Source: Squalus acanthias (taxonomy: Eukaryota). From it: a DNA stretch of 64,000 bases. Position 1 is the first letter of the stretch. Every line of letters starts with the position of its first letter. The notes below the pieces were generated by a model that worked only from the letters and a program-made list of their open reading frames with translations, searched no databases and had not been told where the DNA came from. Positions 62,909-64,000 of this stretch are shown here, in pieces. Where the stretch lies: assembly GCA_030390025.1 (NCBI GenBank), contig JASTWF010000228.1, positions 496,001 through 560,000 of the forward strand. The letters run 5' to 3'. Position numbers and translations under genes: made by a program.

Positions 62909-63650
62909 GGGGGAGAAATTCGGCTGCTTTGCGCCTCCCGTTTAAGGGTTTAGCAACCGGGCGCGGCAAATTCAGCAACACTCGCGAACTTCCCTGCCGG
63001 TTTAGCGCTGGCGCTAACACTTACCACCTCACCCTCTAGCGCCTCACAGATCGTGACGTCATATAATATGCAGCGCCCCGTTACCGTCCCCGGATGTGAA
63101 ATTGCCTCCCGCCCCCTGCTGTATCGCCGGGCGTCAGCAACGGCAGGAAGAGGAGGCGTTGTCAACTCGGCTGGCCGCTGGGAGAGCGCTAATTAAAGGC
63201 ACTGGTTTTCAGGTAGGCCAAACTTTATTCTTTGCACCAGTCTGGTGCCTGCTGAAAGTTTTCGATGCTTCATTGCTGCGACATGTCCAAACCCTCCACT
63301 CTCTGAGAGTGTTTGGGGCTGTAATGGCAGTTGCGCAGGTCGCCTGGCAACACAGAACTGAGCAGAAGTATGTTGTGCACCATCATTGGCCCTTCCCTTT
63401 AAGCGAGGGAAGCAGCCTCTGATGCCAGTATCTTTGCGCTTTAAATTGTTCAGCGCTCTGCTGCTACCGCCCCGCTCTCGCACTTTAGCGCCCGAAGAGA
63501 AGTGGTTAGCGCTTGATTTAGCGCTCCACTTCCCTCTTGCAGCGCTAAAGCTCAATTTCCCGGGACCAGAGAATGATTATCGCCTGGCGATACTTTTCCG
63601 AGATTTCAAAAGTTATCGCCCCAAACGGGGTGCTACGGAATTTCTAGCCC
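62909..63650. mobile_element. 742-bp GC-rich Harbinger-type MITE
   Basis: TIRs gggggagaaattc / gaatttctagccc and TSD ATT. Shares tagcgctccacttcc and gaaattcggctgc with the 43595-44392 element. Confidence 0.8.
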
Positions 63651-64000
63651 ATTGTCTCTTACCTCATTTGTTGGCCATGATGGGTTAACTGCACAAGTGG
63701 AGCTTTTGCCTTTTATGGGTATGTACTGGTTTTGTATTGTACCAAACACTTCATTGAATACTTCCTACTGTTTGTCTGTTTACCCATGAACAGTTCTGCC
63801 CAGTTTACTGTAGTCAATTTATTTCTAATGCCATCAAAGATTGCCTTACTTATGATACAAAAATTGGCCATGTGGTTGATAGTGAGGAAGATATCAATGG
63901 ACTGGTCAGGTGGGCAGAAAAGTGGCAAATGGAATTCTATCCAGAAAAGTGTGAGGTAATGCATTTGGGGATGGCTAACAAGGCAAGGGAATACAGAATA

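Overview
Eukaryotic, repeat-dense, non-genic or intronic DNA. The repeat content (many CR1 and L2 LINEs, Deu-domain and tRNA-derived SINEs, Penelope-like elements, PIF/Harbinger transposons and MITEs) points to a cartilaginous fish such as a shark; this is inference. I could not identify any host protein-coding exon with confidence, and there is no rRNA, tRNA gene or CRISPR array. Most ORFs in the track are transposon fragments or antisense noise. Main points: (1) two Penelope-like families carry minimal hammerhead ribozyme cores, including a 164-bp unit with a perfect 42-bp inverted repeat around a hammerhead and a back-to-back double hammerhead; (2) a TIR/TSD-bounded 3.2-kb Harbinger keeps a 3-exon Myb/SANT gene but has lost the transposase core, and a second bounded Harbinger carries a transposase pseudogene; (3) the 5' half of a CR1 is preserved, with a 45-bp tandem array, esterase ORF1 and a cluster of sense 5' splice sites; (4) several multi-level nested insertions. 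All family names come from motif recognition by eye, not database searches, and boundaries of decayed copies are approximate.
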